A DNA stretch of 64,000 bases from Alphaproteobacteria bacterium (GTDB taxonomy: Bacteria > Pseudomonadota > Alphaproteobacteria > GCA-2731375), in assembly GCA_965225945.1 (NCBI GenBank), contig CBDDBZ010000033.1, positions 128,001-192,000 on the forward strand. Direction: 5' to 3'. Both the position numbers and the translations under genes were made by a program. Below the pieces are notes generated by a model that saw only the letters and a program-made list of their open reading frames with translations, made no database searches and was not told where the DNA came from. Within the stretch, counting starts at the first letter, position 1. Each line of letters starts with the position of its first letter. Below are positions 52,785-63,448 of this stretch, piece after piece.

Positions 52785-53813
52785 CTATCTGTCGAGCGCC
52801 AGGGCGAAGGCGGCGACGGCGCGGTCCACGTCCCCCGGCGTGATCTCGTGGTGGGTGCAGCAACGAAGCCGCCGGGGGCCGTAGGGCAGCACCAGGACCT
52901 CGTCCTCGGCGACCGTCGCCGCCAGGGTTTCCGCGTCGAGGTCGTCGCGGTCGATGTCGACCAGCACGATGTTGCTCTCGACCGCCGCCGGATCGAGGCT
53001 GACGCCGTCGAGCGCCGCAAGCCCTTCCGCCAGCCTCCGGGCGTTGGCGTGGTCCTCGCCCAAGCGCTCTATCATGGTTTCGAGCGCGACGATGCCGGCG
53101 GCGGCGGGAATGCCGGCCGGCCGCCAGCCGCCGCCGAACATCTGGCGGACCCGGGTTGCCTCTTCGATCAGCTCGCCCGGCCCGGCGATCAGCGCGCCGA
53201 GCGGCGCGCCGAGCCCCTTGTTGAGGTTGAAGGCCACGGTGGTTGCCGTCGCCGCCAGTTCGCCCGCCGGGCGGGCGAGCGCGATCGCGGCGTTGAAGAG
53301 GCGGGCGCCGTCCAGGTGCACGGGGATGGCGTGGCGCGTCGCGACCTCGGCGATCGCCGTCATCTCTCGATACGCCATGACCCGGCCACCGGAACTCACA
53401 TGGGTGTTTTCCACCAGCACCATGGCGCTGCGTGAGCGGAGCGCATCGCCCGAGTGGATCGCCGCTTCGACCGTCGCCGCCTCCAACCGGCCGTCGACGA
53501 GGCGCGCCATGGCGCCGGTCAGGCTCGCGGCGGCGGCGGCCTCGGAGGTAAGCACGTGGGAACTCGACTCGGTGACGAAGTTCTCGCCCGGCCGGCAGTG
53601 CAGGTGGATGGCGATCTGGTTCGCCATCATGCAGGTCGGGCAAAACAGCGCGTCCTCCTTGCCCACCGTCTCCGCCGCCAGCCGCTCGAGCGCCGAGACG
53701 ATCGGGTCCTCGCGCACATCGAAGCCGGGCGGGGCCTTGGCGGCCGCCACCATCGCCTCGACCATCACCGGCGTCGGGCGGGCGACGATGTCGCTTCGAA
53801 GGTCGATCGTCAT
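52785..53813 (-). CDS. ltaE: Low-specificity L-threonine aldolase family PLP enzyme
   Basis: IDLRSD, VENTH, HLDGARLFNA, NKGLGAP. Confidence 0.85.
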   Translation of the reverse strand: MTIDLRSDIVARPTPVMVEAMVAAAKAPPGFDVREDPIVSALERLAAETVGKEDALFCPTCMMANQIAIHLHCRPGENFVTESSSHVLTSEAAAAASLTGAMARLVDGRLEAATVEAAIHSGDALRSRSAMVLVENTHVSSGGRVMAYREMTAIAEVATRHAIPVHLDGARLFNAAIALARPAGELAATATTVAFNLNKGLGAPLGALIAGPGELIEEATRVRQMFGGGWRPAGIPAAAGIVALETMIERLGEDHANARRLAEGLAALDGVSLDPAAVESNIVLVDIDRDDLDAETLAATVAEDEVLVLPYGPRRLRCCTHHEITPGDVDRAVAAFALALDR

Positions 53814-53829
53814 TGCCGGCCCACCGGGG

Positions 53830-55506
53830 TCAGGAGCGCAACACCTTGCCGGCCCGGGCCTCTTGCACGGTGCCGTCGGCCCAGGTCACCTCGCCGTTGA
53901 CGAGGGTGTATTCGACGCCCTTGGAGGGCATCACCATCCGCTTGCCGCCGCCCGGCAGGTCGTGGCGCCGCTCGCCCCGATTGCCGGAGCCGATGGTGGT
54001 GGCATCGAACACGGTGACGTCGGCGGCGAGACCCGGCGCCAGGCGGCCGCGATCGGCAATGCCGAAGAAGTCGGCCGGGTCCGAGGTCATCCGCCGGACC
54101 CCTTCCTCCAGCGTCATGATCTCGCGCTCGCGCACCCAAGTGCCCAGCGTGTAGGTCGGATAGCCCGCGTCGCACATCATGTCGACATGCGCGCCGGCAT
54201 CGCCCAGGCCGATCAGCACGTCCGGATTGGCCAGGATCTCCTTCACCCGATCGACCCTGGTGTTGAAGGAGGACATGGTGAACTCGCACTCGAGATCGCC
54301 GGCCAGCGTCACGTCGAGGAAGGCATCGACCCTGTCCTTGCCTTCGGCCCGGGCGATCTCCGTCACGCTCTGGCCCTCGTACTTCTCGAGCTCCGGATTG
54401 CGCGCTTCGTGCAGCACGATCCGGTCCCAGTCGCCGAAGCCCATCGGGCTCTTCAGGTCCTCGCGGAAGGCGTCGCGGAAGTTGGTGTCCGCATAGACGG
54501 CCCGTTGCGCCTCCTTCGAGGTGTCGGCGAAGACCCGCTTCCAGGCCGGGAAGGCGGCGAAGGAGAATGGGCTCCGCATGCTGATCTCGCGGGTCAGGGG
54601 AAGCGGCGAGGTCTGCGGCCTCGCGCCCTTGGCGATCTGGGGTGCCGCCAGACGAAGCGTGTTGCGCACCGCATCGGGAATATCGTCGCGATCGAATAGC
54701 GCGATGAAGGTGACGGGCCGGCCGCTTTCCTCCAGCAGGAGGTCCAGGGTCTCGCACTGTTCCGCCTCCAGTACCGCGACCTGGCGGGTCAGCGCGATCT
54801 CGATCGCCCCCTTGCCGCATTCCTTCAGCACGTTGGCGTAGGCCTTCAACTCGTCCGGGCTGGCGTTGCGGCAGGCCAGCGGGCGGCCCTCGAAACCGAG
54901 ATGCTGGTTGAGGATGGTGCTGGAGAAGCCGAAGGCGCCGGCCGCCATCGCCTCGCCCAGCAGCGCCTTGATCCGGGCGGTCTCTTCCGCGCTCGCCGCG
55001 CGCTCCATCGATTCCGCGCCCATGACATAGTGGCGGAACGGCGTCAGCGGCGCCAGGAAAGCGAGGTTGAGCGCCGAGCCCCGCCGCTCGGCGGCGTCGA
55101 GATACTCGGGAAAACTCTCCCAATCCCAGGTGATGCCTCGTTCCAGGACGTCGTAGGGGATGGCCTCGACGTTGACCAGGTCGCGCATCGCGATCTCGCG
55201 CGCCTCGGCCGCGCAGGGGGCGATGCCGACCCCGCAGTTGCCCATGACCACGCTGGTGACCCCGTGCCACGACGAGGGCGTGATCGCGCCGTCCCAGCAG
55301 ATCTGCGCGTCGTAATGCGTATGCGGGTCGATGAAGCCGGGCGAGACCACCAGGTCGCTGGCATCGATCACCCGCTCGGCGCCACCGTCGAATTTGCCGA
55401 GGGCCGCGATGCGGCCGTCCCGGATCGCCACGTCGCCTGGCCGAGCCGGGGCGCCGGTGCCGTCCACGAGAGTGCCGTTCTTGATTACCAGGTCGTAGTC
55501 CATCAT
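53830..55506 (-). CDS. N-acyl-D-amino-acid deacylase family amidohydrolase
   Basis: PGFIDPHTHYDAQ, GNCGVGIAP, DAGAHV. Confidence 0.9.
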   Translation of the reverse strand: MMDYDLVIKNGTLVDGTGAPARPGDVAIRDGRIAALGKFDGGAERVIDASDLVVSPGFIDPHTHYDAQICWDGAITPSSWHGVTSVVMGNCGVGIAPCAAEAREIAMRDLVNVEAIPYDVLERGITWDWESFPEYLDAAERRGSALNLAFLAPLTPFRHYVMGAESMERAASAEETARIKALLGEAMAAGAFGFSSTILNQHLGFEGRPLACRNASPDELKAYANVLKECGKGAIEIALTRQVAVLEAEQCETLDLLLEESGRPVTFIALFDRDDIPDAVRNTLRLAAPQIAKGARPQTSPLPLTREISMRSPFSFAAFPAWKRVFADTSKEAQRAVYADTNFRDAFREDLKSPMGFGDWDRIVLHEARNPELEKYEGQSVTEIARAEGKDRVDAFLDVTLAGDLECEFTMSSFNTRVDRVKEILANPDVLIGLGDAGAHVDMMCDAGYPTYTLGTWVREREIMTLEEGVRRMTSDPADFFGIADRGRLAPGLAADVTVFDATTIGSGNRGERRHDLPGGGKRMVMPSKGVEYTLVNGEVTWADGTVQEARAGKVLRS

Positions 55507-56040
55507 CCGTTCCTTGCCCAAGGTGCCGCGCGAAGTGGCGACGGCGACATGGTAATCGAAGTCTCCCGCTTCGCAAATCCGACGACGGGAACGCATGACC
55601 CTTCATCGCCATCCTCCGTGGGTCTAAAATAATCGACCAGGCAAAAGATCGGTTTTGGGAGACGGCCGGTGCCGCCATGAGGGCGACGCGTTTCCGCCGC
55701 GTCTCGTCTCCCGAAACTGTTGCCCGGAACCTGCTGCCGCGAAACCGGTGAACGGGACGTTTTCGCGAAGGCCCGCAAGCCGCACGGACCGGCGAGGCCT
55801 TCGTGACGCTTTCTCAGCGTTCGCTATCCAAGCTCCAGGGGCGCGACGGGACCGAGGGTCCAACATGCTCTCGACCGGCGCGCCGCCTCCGCCGTCGGAT
55901 TGGGAGGGCCGGCGGCGGGGCCACACCCGCCGCGCGCACGGCGCGACGCGGTGGTGGTGTCACGTCGCCACGTCCACCAGCTGCGGATCGGACTGCTTCG
56001 TCGCGTAAGCGTCACCGGCGAAGGCGTCGGGTGAAAAGGT

Positions 56041-56247
56041 GTCATTCTACTTTTCGGGTAATTTGCGGGGCCGGCCACGGGGTCTCGGGGTGGACTCGAG
56101 GCCGAGCCGACGGGCGGTGCGCAGCGATCGGTGCCGAACGGCGTCCCGCGGTTGATGACGTGATAGGCCATGTCGGCGACGGCCGCGCGCGCTGCAAAGC
56201 ATGCGCCGATCCCAACGCATCCGGTCGCCGAATAAAGTACAATGACC
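56041..56247 (-). mobile_element. Miniature RAYT-derived element, copy B
   Basis: Same IRs as copy A; encodes MAYHVINRG joined to GTPFG...[23 protein letters not shown]. Confidence 0.72.
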
Positions 56248-56261
56248 CCTTTTTCCTTTTT

Positions 56262-56371
56262 CGTACGGACGTGATGATGGAGAATTTCGCCCCCGGTGCG
56301 ATCGAGCGTTTGGGCCTGTCCTACGACGTGGTGAAGGCGATCAACCCAGGCATCATCTATGCCCAGGTCAA
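56262..56371 (+). pseudogene. CaiB/BaiF (formyl-)CoA-transferase internal fragment
   Basis: [35 protein letters not shown]. Confidence 0.8.
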
Positions 56372-56572
56372 GCTTGTGTAGCGTGAGGTCTGGAAATTTG
56401 GCTTCGCCCCGCGCCGGGGTATACCCCGGCGCGGGGCGATCCGTCATTTTGGTTATCCATGAAAGCGTCCAAACAAACATGGAGAACCAGTATGCGGAAA
56501 GACCAGGATAGCGCTGTCGAGGCTTTGGTGGAACAATTGATCGAAGGCGGTAGCGAGAACATGGCGACGGTC

Positions 56573-58023
56573 GGCGATGTCCCGCCCAATGTTGAAAAGT
56601 GCGAGATAGGCATCGTCTGATCGAGAGGCTACGCGGCCACCTCGATGTCTTCAATGACGGACTTTGCTCCGGCCTTTCTCACCGCCTCCCGCAGGGCGGC
56701 GTCAAGGACGGGGAGCTGGCGGTAGGCCTTGAGGCGGCGGAAGGTCTTTTGCGCCTCCAAGAGGCCGGCGGCGGTCCAACGCAGCGCCATCTCGGCGTTG
56801 CGCCAGCGCTTGACGTTCCGCTGCACCGTCCGGACGGTGCCGATCGCGTTCTCGATGGCGTTGGTGCAAGCCAGCGAGTGTCGAAGTTGCGGCGGGAGGC
56901 CGAGCCGGATCACGGTCAGGATCTCGTCCAGGCCCTCCAGGATCGAGCCCGAGACGCCGGGTGCGTCATGCTCCAGACGGCGGGCGAGGTTGCGCAAGAG
57001 CCGTTCGGCCTTGGCCGCGTCGTCCTGCTGCCAGGCCTGCCGCAAGACCTTCCTGACGCCGGCATGGAGGCTCTCGTCCAGCCGGTCCGTGATGTTGCGC
57101 CCCTTGTGCACCTGGCAGCGCTGGAGGGCCGCCGCCCGCCCGAAGGTCCGCCGGATCGCCTTCGAGAGCGCCTTGGCGCCGTCGACGATGTAGAGCCGAG
57201 GCCGTTCGGGATCGAGACCGCGCTCGATCAGGTTGTCGAGCATGGCTTGCACCGTGGCCGCGTTCTCCGTCGCGCCCTCGGCCAGGCCCAGCACGTGCTT
57301 CGCGCCGCCGGTGTCGATGCCGATCGCCGCCACCATCAGGTGATCGCCGACATGGAGCCCGTCGATCTGGAGCACCACGAGATCGAGATCGTCGAGCGGG
57401 CTCGCCAGCCAGGCCTTCAGCTTGCTTCGCGTCAACGCCACGAAACGGCGCGAGACCGCCGACTTCGAGGTTGCGTCACCCGATGCCGCCGGCAGATCGC
57501 CGCCCGCATCGTCCGGCAGGCGCACCGCGCGGGCATACTTGCGGGTCGAGACGTTGATCACCATCAGATTCATCGCCCAGGCTTGCAAGAGTTCGGGTTC
57601 CGACAGCAGCTCCCAACTCGGCAGGCTCATCTCCCGACCCGCGAAGTCCCGCACCCGAGGGCGCTCGACCTTCACTTTGCCGCCGTGGTAGGCGATCTCG
57701 CTCCGGGTCGTGCCCCATCGATGGCCCTTGCGCTCGCCCGAGCGGGCGTGGCGCGAACCGCACAAGGCTTCCGCGTCCGCCGACATCATCTCGTTCAAAG
57801 ACTCGAGGCCCGCCAAAAGGCAGAAGCGATCGACGCTCATGCGCAGATCGTCGAAGGCCTCCGGCATCGATGGCAAGAGCCGACAGGATGGTTCCGAGGA
57901 ACGGTCGTTGCGTGTAGTCTTGGTCATGGCGTCGTTCTCCTTGATGGAATCAGCACCCAGAGCCTAGCGGCTCCAGGCGGACGACGCCTACTTCAGCTTT
58001 TCAACAGAGCCCGGGACATCCCC
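56573..58023 (-). mobile_element. Nested IS256-family element
   Basis: TIRs GGCGATGTCCCG..TGTTGAAAAG; 8-bp TSD CGACGGTC at 56565-56572 and 58024-58031. Confidence 0.92.
56629..57927 (-). CDS. IS256-family transposase, intact
   Basis: LQIDG, IVDGAKAL, QRCQVHK, CTNAIEN. Confidence 0.93.
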   Translation of the reverse strand: MTKTTRNDRSSEPSCRLLPSMPEAFDDLRMSVDRFCLLAGLESLNEMMSADAEALCGSRHARSGERKGHRWGTTRSEIAYHGGKVKVERPRVRDFAGREMSLPSWELLSEPELLQAWAMNLMVINVSTRKYARAVRLPDDAGGDLPAASGDATSKSAVSRRFVALTRSKLKAWLASPLDDLDLVVLQIDGLHVGDHLMVAAIGIDTGGAKHVLGLAEGATENAATVQAMLDNLIERGLDPERPRLYIVDGAKALSKAIRRTFGRAAALQRCQVHKGRNITDRLDESLHAGVRKVLRQAWQQDDAAKAERLLRNLARRLEHDAPGVSGSILEGLDEILTVIRLGLPPQLRHSLACTNAIENAIGTVRTVQRNVKRWRNAEMALRWTAAGLLEAQKTFRRLKAYRQLPVLDAALREAVRKAGAKSVIEDIEVAA

Positions 58024-59171
58024 CGACGGTCTTCGCCGGCCTTTTCAATCTCGCCATGCGGATCGAGCGGGAGAGGTTCTTGGGCGCCGGCCACTATGAG
58101 CGCACGCCCGAGCGGCGGGGATACGCCAACGGCACCAGACCCAAGAAGATCGACACCCCGGCCGGTACGGTGAGGCTCGAGGTTCCCAAGACCGCCGGTC
58201 ATGAGGCGCCTTTTTACCCCCAAGCCCTGGAGCGCGGACGGCGCTCCTGCCGCGCTGTCATGCTGGCCGTGGCGGAGATGTATATCAAAGGCGTCTCCAC
58301 CCGTGACGCCGAGGCGGTGATGCGCGAGTTCGGCCTGGAGAGCCTGTCGTCGAGCCAGGTCAGCCGCGCCGCCAAGCTCTTGGATGGGGAGCTGGATGCC
58401 TGGCGCAACCGGCCGCTGGGCGAGATCCGCTACCTGCTCCTCGACGCGCGCTATGAGAAAGTCCGAGAGGGTGGCGTGGTGCGCGACGCCGCCGTGCTCT
58501 CGGTGATCGGCATCGGCCCCGACCAGCGCCGCCGGGTGCTCGGTGTTTCCTGTGCGCTCTCCGAGGCCGAAGTGCACTGGCGCGCCTTCCTGGAGACCCT
58601 GGTTGCCGGTGGCATGCGCGGTGTCGCCTATATCGTTTCCGATGATCATCCAGGCCTCGGCGCCGCGCGCAAGGCCGTCCTCGGCGGCCGCCGTCTGGCA
58701 GCGCTGTCAGTACCATCTGGCTCAAAACGCCATCCATCACGCCCCCAACCTCGCCATCCGAAAGGCCATCGGCAAGGAGCTGCGCCGGGTCTGGAACGCC
58801 GCCGACAGCAAGGCCGCCGGGGCCGAGCTGGGCCACCTGGTGGCGGCCTACCGCGATAGCGCCCCCAAGCTCGCCGATTGGCTGGAGGCGGCGATCCCCG
58901 AGGGCCTCGCCGTCTTCGCCCTGCCCGAGCGCCACCAAAAGCGCATGCGAACCTCGAACCCCATGGAGCGATCCATCCAGCAGGAGATCAAGCGCCGCAC
59001 CGTAAAGGTCAGGGTCTTTCCCAACGAGGCCTCGCTCGAACGCCTGGTCACCGCCATCCTCGTCGAAATCGACGATAAATGGGAAACCACCGAAAAACCC
59101 TACATCACTTGGAAAGCAGAGGATGACTGATCAACGGCGTTCCGAATTTCCACACATCAGGTTGCTCAATC

Positions 59172-61062
59172 CCGTGATCGCCAACTCGCGGACCAGCGGC
59201 TCGTTGACCGGGGTGTCGGTGAAGTCGAAGTCGGCCAGCTCCTTGGCCAGCGGCAGCTTGGCGCCACTCATCTGGTACTTGATGGATCGCGCCTGCTTGT
59301 CGGCGATCTCGGCCTTCAACAGCTCGCCGATGATTCGCTGCATCGGATGCTGGCGCTTGAGGCCGTCGGCGAGCACCTCGTCGAACGCGTCGCGCATGCC
59401 GGCGAGCTTGAGTGCGGCCATCATCTCCAGGACCTCATGGCGCTCCATGGCCGACCCCCCTCAAGCGGTCGTAGCGGGTGCAATCGGCCACCGGCTCAAA
59501 GCGAAGACGCAGGTTCGCGGGCGTCGGGATCGGCGCCGTCTCGGACGGCTGGCGCCGACGATTGAGGATGTTGAGCACGACGTCGGCGCTGCACACGCCG
59601 CCAGCGAGCGCCTCGGCACAGGCGGCCTCCACCGCCGCCAGCCCATCCGCCAGCACGGCGGTGAGGATCTCGACCATCTGCCTGTCGCCGTCGTCGTGGC
59701 CGGCGAGCCGGACGCGCACGCGACCCAGGGCGCCGGGCAGCGCCCAGTCCTTGAACGGCGCGCCGTTACGAAGCGCACCGGGCTTCCTCGCCAGCACGGG
59801 CACGTAGTGCCACGGGTCATAGACGGTCTGGTCGCGGCCGAAGCGCCGGGCATGCTCGGCGACGATCTCGCCGTCCTGGCGGATGACGATGCGATCGGCG
59901 TAGGCATGGACCTCGACCGGACGGCCGACGGCGCGCGCCGCCACGCTGTACTTGTTGCTGTCGAAGCGCACCAGGCAGGTCTTCGACACCGACGCCGGGA
60001 CCGCGTGGAAGCCGTCGAACGGCCCGCGATAGCCGACCAGGGACGGACGCTCGTCCTCGAACACCTGCCAGACAGTCCTGTCCTTGAACACCGGGTGGGG
60101 ATGACGCCGGGCGTAGGCGACGCACTGGTCCAAGAGCCAGGCGTTGAGCTCGTCGTAGGTCTTGAAGCGCAGCCGCGGGGTGAAGAACCGACCGCGGATG
60201 ATCCCGACCTGGTTCTCGACCTGCCCCTTCTCCCATCCCGCTCCCGGCGTGCATGCTGTCGGTTCGACCAGGTAGTGGCCACACATCTGCACGAAGCGCC
60301 GGTTGAACGCGCGCTCCTTGCCGATGAGGACGGTCTGCACCGCCGTTCTTCATGTTGTCGTGGATGCCTCGCCGGCAGGCACCCTGGAACAGCCGGAATG
60401 CCCGGTCGTGGGCGTCGAACACCATCTCCTGGCTCTCGCGCGGATAAGCGCGGACGAAGAACATTCGGCTGTGGCACAGCCGGACGTGCGCGACCTTGAC
60501 CTTGGTCGTCACCCCCGCCAGCACCACGTACTCGTGGCTCCAGTCGAACTGATAGGCCTCGCCCGGCGAGAACACCAACGGCACATAGGTCTGCGCCGTC
60601 GATGCCGAACGGCGCCACCGCCACGCCTTGGCGTAGCGCCGCACCGCGTCGTAGCCGCCGCCATAGCCCAGACCCTCGAGGGCTTCGGAGATCCGTAGCA
60701 GCGTCAGCCGCTCCCGCTTCGACTTGGTCTCGTTGGCCTCCAGCATCCGCTCCAGCTCGGCCGTCCACGGCCCCAGCTTCGGCATCGGCTGGACCCGCCG
60801 GTCGTAGGTGAACGCCGTCGCCTGCGAACGGATCACCTTGCGCACCGTGTTGCCCGAGACCTTCACGTCCCGCACGATCTCCTTGATCGGCTTCCCCTTG
60901 ACGAAATACTCCCGCCGGATCCGCGCTATCGTCTCCACGACCAACATCCCCCACCACCTCGTCCGCCCAAAAACGAGGTGACTTGGACTAGCCAGGCTCA
61001 GGGGGTCAAATTTGGACGCCGATCACCCCTCAACAGGGGTCAACTTTGCACGCCGTTCCACA
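59172..61062 (-). mobile_element. IS21-family element: istA (59435-60947) frameshifted near 60343, istB (59172-59448) truncated
   Basis: PGEAYQFDWS, GWEKGQVENQV; IstB start LKLAGMR; TG-ended left end with repeated GGGGTCAA motifs. Confidence 0.92.
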
Positions 61063-61645
61063 TCACGGCCGGAGGATTACCCTCAGATACGGCCGCCACA
61101 AGAATGGCGAGCCGGGGGCCGAAATTATCGTCGAGCCGAACGAGGCCGGCGCAATGTTCCCCGAACGCCTGGAGCAGGCGCGCGAAGCCGAAGGTTGGCG
61201 CGAAATCTACGGCAAGCTCGACGAGCAAGAGGCGGAAGCCGGTCGTATGCGGGCCGAAGCCGAGCGCCTGATGGCGGCCGCCGATACGCTGGACCGCGAG
61301 ATGGCCATCGAACGGAGGGCGGTTGACCGGGCGCTGGCGGAAGAGATCCACCGTGAGCACGGCCGCGCTTACAGATCGGAAGTGAGCATGGTGCTGTGGC
61401 TTCATCACGAGGCCGATCTCAAGGCATTGGACGGCATGGGTATGGCGGACAGGATCGAATACCTGACGCGGGGTGATCTGGACGCGGGTGTAGCCTTTGG
61501 CATCAACGGCTCCGCCGGCCTCGGAGAGATGATCGACGGCAACGTCCGCCCCGATCGCGCCTGGTTCCGATCCCTGGCGGGAGTGGTGAGGCAACGCGCC
61601 GTCACGTCCGGGGGTGAGGGAGCCGCCGTTCAAGCCGAGGGATGA
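61063..61645 (+). pseudogene. Hypothetical protein, 5' end cut by IS21
   Basis: Open frame with host codon bias starting at the IS21 boundary. Confidence 0.45.
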
Positions 61646-61815
61646 CGAGCCCGGGCGCCCTCGACGCGCTGGTGGTGCGCGAGGCGGCGTGAGGTTGGCA
61701 AATTTTCGGTCTATCGAGAGGGAGTAGCCCTCTGCTTAAAGGGATTCGCCTGCAAGCGAGCGCACGTATTCGAGCGCCTTCCGCGCCGGAAGATAGTCCG
61801 GCTCATGGGACAGTG

Positions 61816-62570
61816 CTTGCCTATCCGGTTATCACCCACACCCACTATATGTAGTGTGTCTCCTTGGACTGCAGGCAAGGGCCGGCGCAGGCGCATTGAG
61901 GAGGCGATCCGGCTAATTCTTGATTGTTCTGAAAACCGAACCGGAGTTTAATTCACGTCACGTACTTAACATCGGGGGACGGAACGGTGGCGACCAAGGG
62001 AAAAACGAAGAAACCCACGGCCAGACGGGAAGCTGCTGATGAAACGACATCGTCTGAGCGATTGACGGCACTAGTCGAAGAAAGCGACGCGCTGGCACGA
62101 ATCGTTGCGAAGAACCCGTCCGCGCCTGTTAGTCTCCTGCGCGTTTTGAGTCGCAGCGAAGACGAAGCGACACGCAAGAACGTGATCCTCAATCCGTTTA
62201 CTTCATATGACGTATTGAGCGAACTTGAAAACCAGTTCACAGAGCTATTTGTGAATAATCCGGCACTCGAATCCTACAATTCAATGAAGCTCTGATTTCC
62301 TGGAATATTCCATCGGTGTCGTTCACCTCCGATTTCAGATAAATTTCAATGAAGTGACGGTCCTTTATGCAACGTGGCGTTTTGCCAAATCCGACTCAAT
62401 GATTAGGATTTCCACCACGCTAAAGTGTCGCCTAAAAGGCGCTACAATGCCGTCCGAGTCCCTGCTCGGCATCGCCGGAGATATCTCCGCTTCGACCTGC
62501 ACCGAGCTTTACTCAGGAAAATGGGTGCACACTACATATAGTGGGTGTGGGTGATAACCGGATAGGCAAG
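61816..62570 (+). mobile_element. 755-bp non-autonomous passenger cassette, second full copy
   Basis: 43-bp perfect TIRs; 8-bp TSD GGACAGTG at 61808-61815 and 62571-62578. Confidence 0.95.
61987..62295 (+). CDS. Cassette passenger LRV-like protein
   Basis: Identical to 31761-32069 except one P/R change. Confidence 0.7.
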   Translation: MATKGKTKKPTARREAADETTSSERLTALVEESDALARIVAKNPSAPVSLLRVLSRSEDEATRKNVILNPFTSYDVLSELENQFTELFVNNPALESYNSMKL

Positions 62571-63229
62571 GGACAGTGCACGCTCGAAGGCGCGTTCGAC
62601 TTTCTCGATCAGCCCTTGTCTCAACAAGACCCAACCCATGTTGAAGTGCGGGAACTGGTAGCAGCAATAGCGCTTGGCCCGGATCGCCTTCTCGAACCAA
62701 GGGATGGCCTCCTCCGCCCGCCCCAGAGTGATCAGATAGGCGCCGATATCGTTATAGGGATTGCCGTAATCGGGATCGATCGCTATGGCTTTCCTGCATT
62801 CCTCTATGGCTTCTTCGGTCTGACCCTGATGGCTCAGCGACCAGCCGAGGTAGGTATGTCCTTCCGCGGTCGGGCTGGCGTCGATCGACAGGCGGAAATG
62901 GCGCGCCGCAGCCTCGTACTGCCCCTGCAAGTGGAGAACGTATCCCTTTTGCCAGTAAAGGAAGGCGGCGCCCATTTTCGTGCTCTCGTCGGGACTGTCC
63001 CGGGGCGCGGCGTGGCCCATCGTGACCCCCATGAGGATCGCGATGGCAAGTAGGATGCTTGTCCGATACGGTCGACGCACGAGTCTCTGTTCCAGTCTCG
63101 CTAACGACACTCGGCAGTTTACCGCACACTGCCACCCGAGGTCACCGCCATTGCCCTCCGGCCCCTGGTCATGTGGCGGCGGTGGATGTTGGTCGAGAGG
63201 ATGTAGGCCACGGGATCGGGGCCGCGGCG

Positions 63230-63421
63230 GGGGTCAAGGCCGGCTGGCTCGTCAGGGTGATCGACCGACAGTATAAAATCATCGACGTCGCGGTCGAGGG
63301 TGTTAGCATGGCCGCAACGCAGAGGGCGGAGTTCACGACGGTCATCCGGAACCATGGCATGGACGGCTTGGTACAGGCGCTTCGCATGCGCACCCAAACC
63401 CATACCGCCAAGGCGTCCTGA
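63230..63421 (+). pseudogene. MlaC/Ttg2D C-terminal remnant
   Basis: YKIIDVAVEGVSMAATQRAEF...GMDGLVQAL. Confidence 0.7.
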
Positions 63422-63448
63422 AGCCGCCGTGCCGTCGAAGAGAAACTT

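Larger units (their letters stand above)
56372..59171 (+). mobile_element. Outer IS256-family element; transposase (56492-59130) interrupted and frameshifted
   Basis: MRKDQD...MATV resumes as FAGLFNLAMRIERE after the nested IS; LDARYEKVR, WQRCQYH, RTSNPMER; imperfect TIRs; frameshift near 58685. Confidence 0.85.
61736..63110 (-). pseudogene. Exported TPR protein interrupted near its 3' end
   Basis: TPR motifs AEGHTYLGW and YGNPYNDIG; ...FERALS continues HEPDYLPARKALEYVRSLAGESL* beyond the TSD. Confidence 0.88.

Noticed and set aside
61807-62579. 10-bp TSD (GGGACAGTGC) for the cassette
   Set aside because: The copy at 31590 supports only 8 bp; the two extra matches overlap the TIR ends by chance
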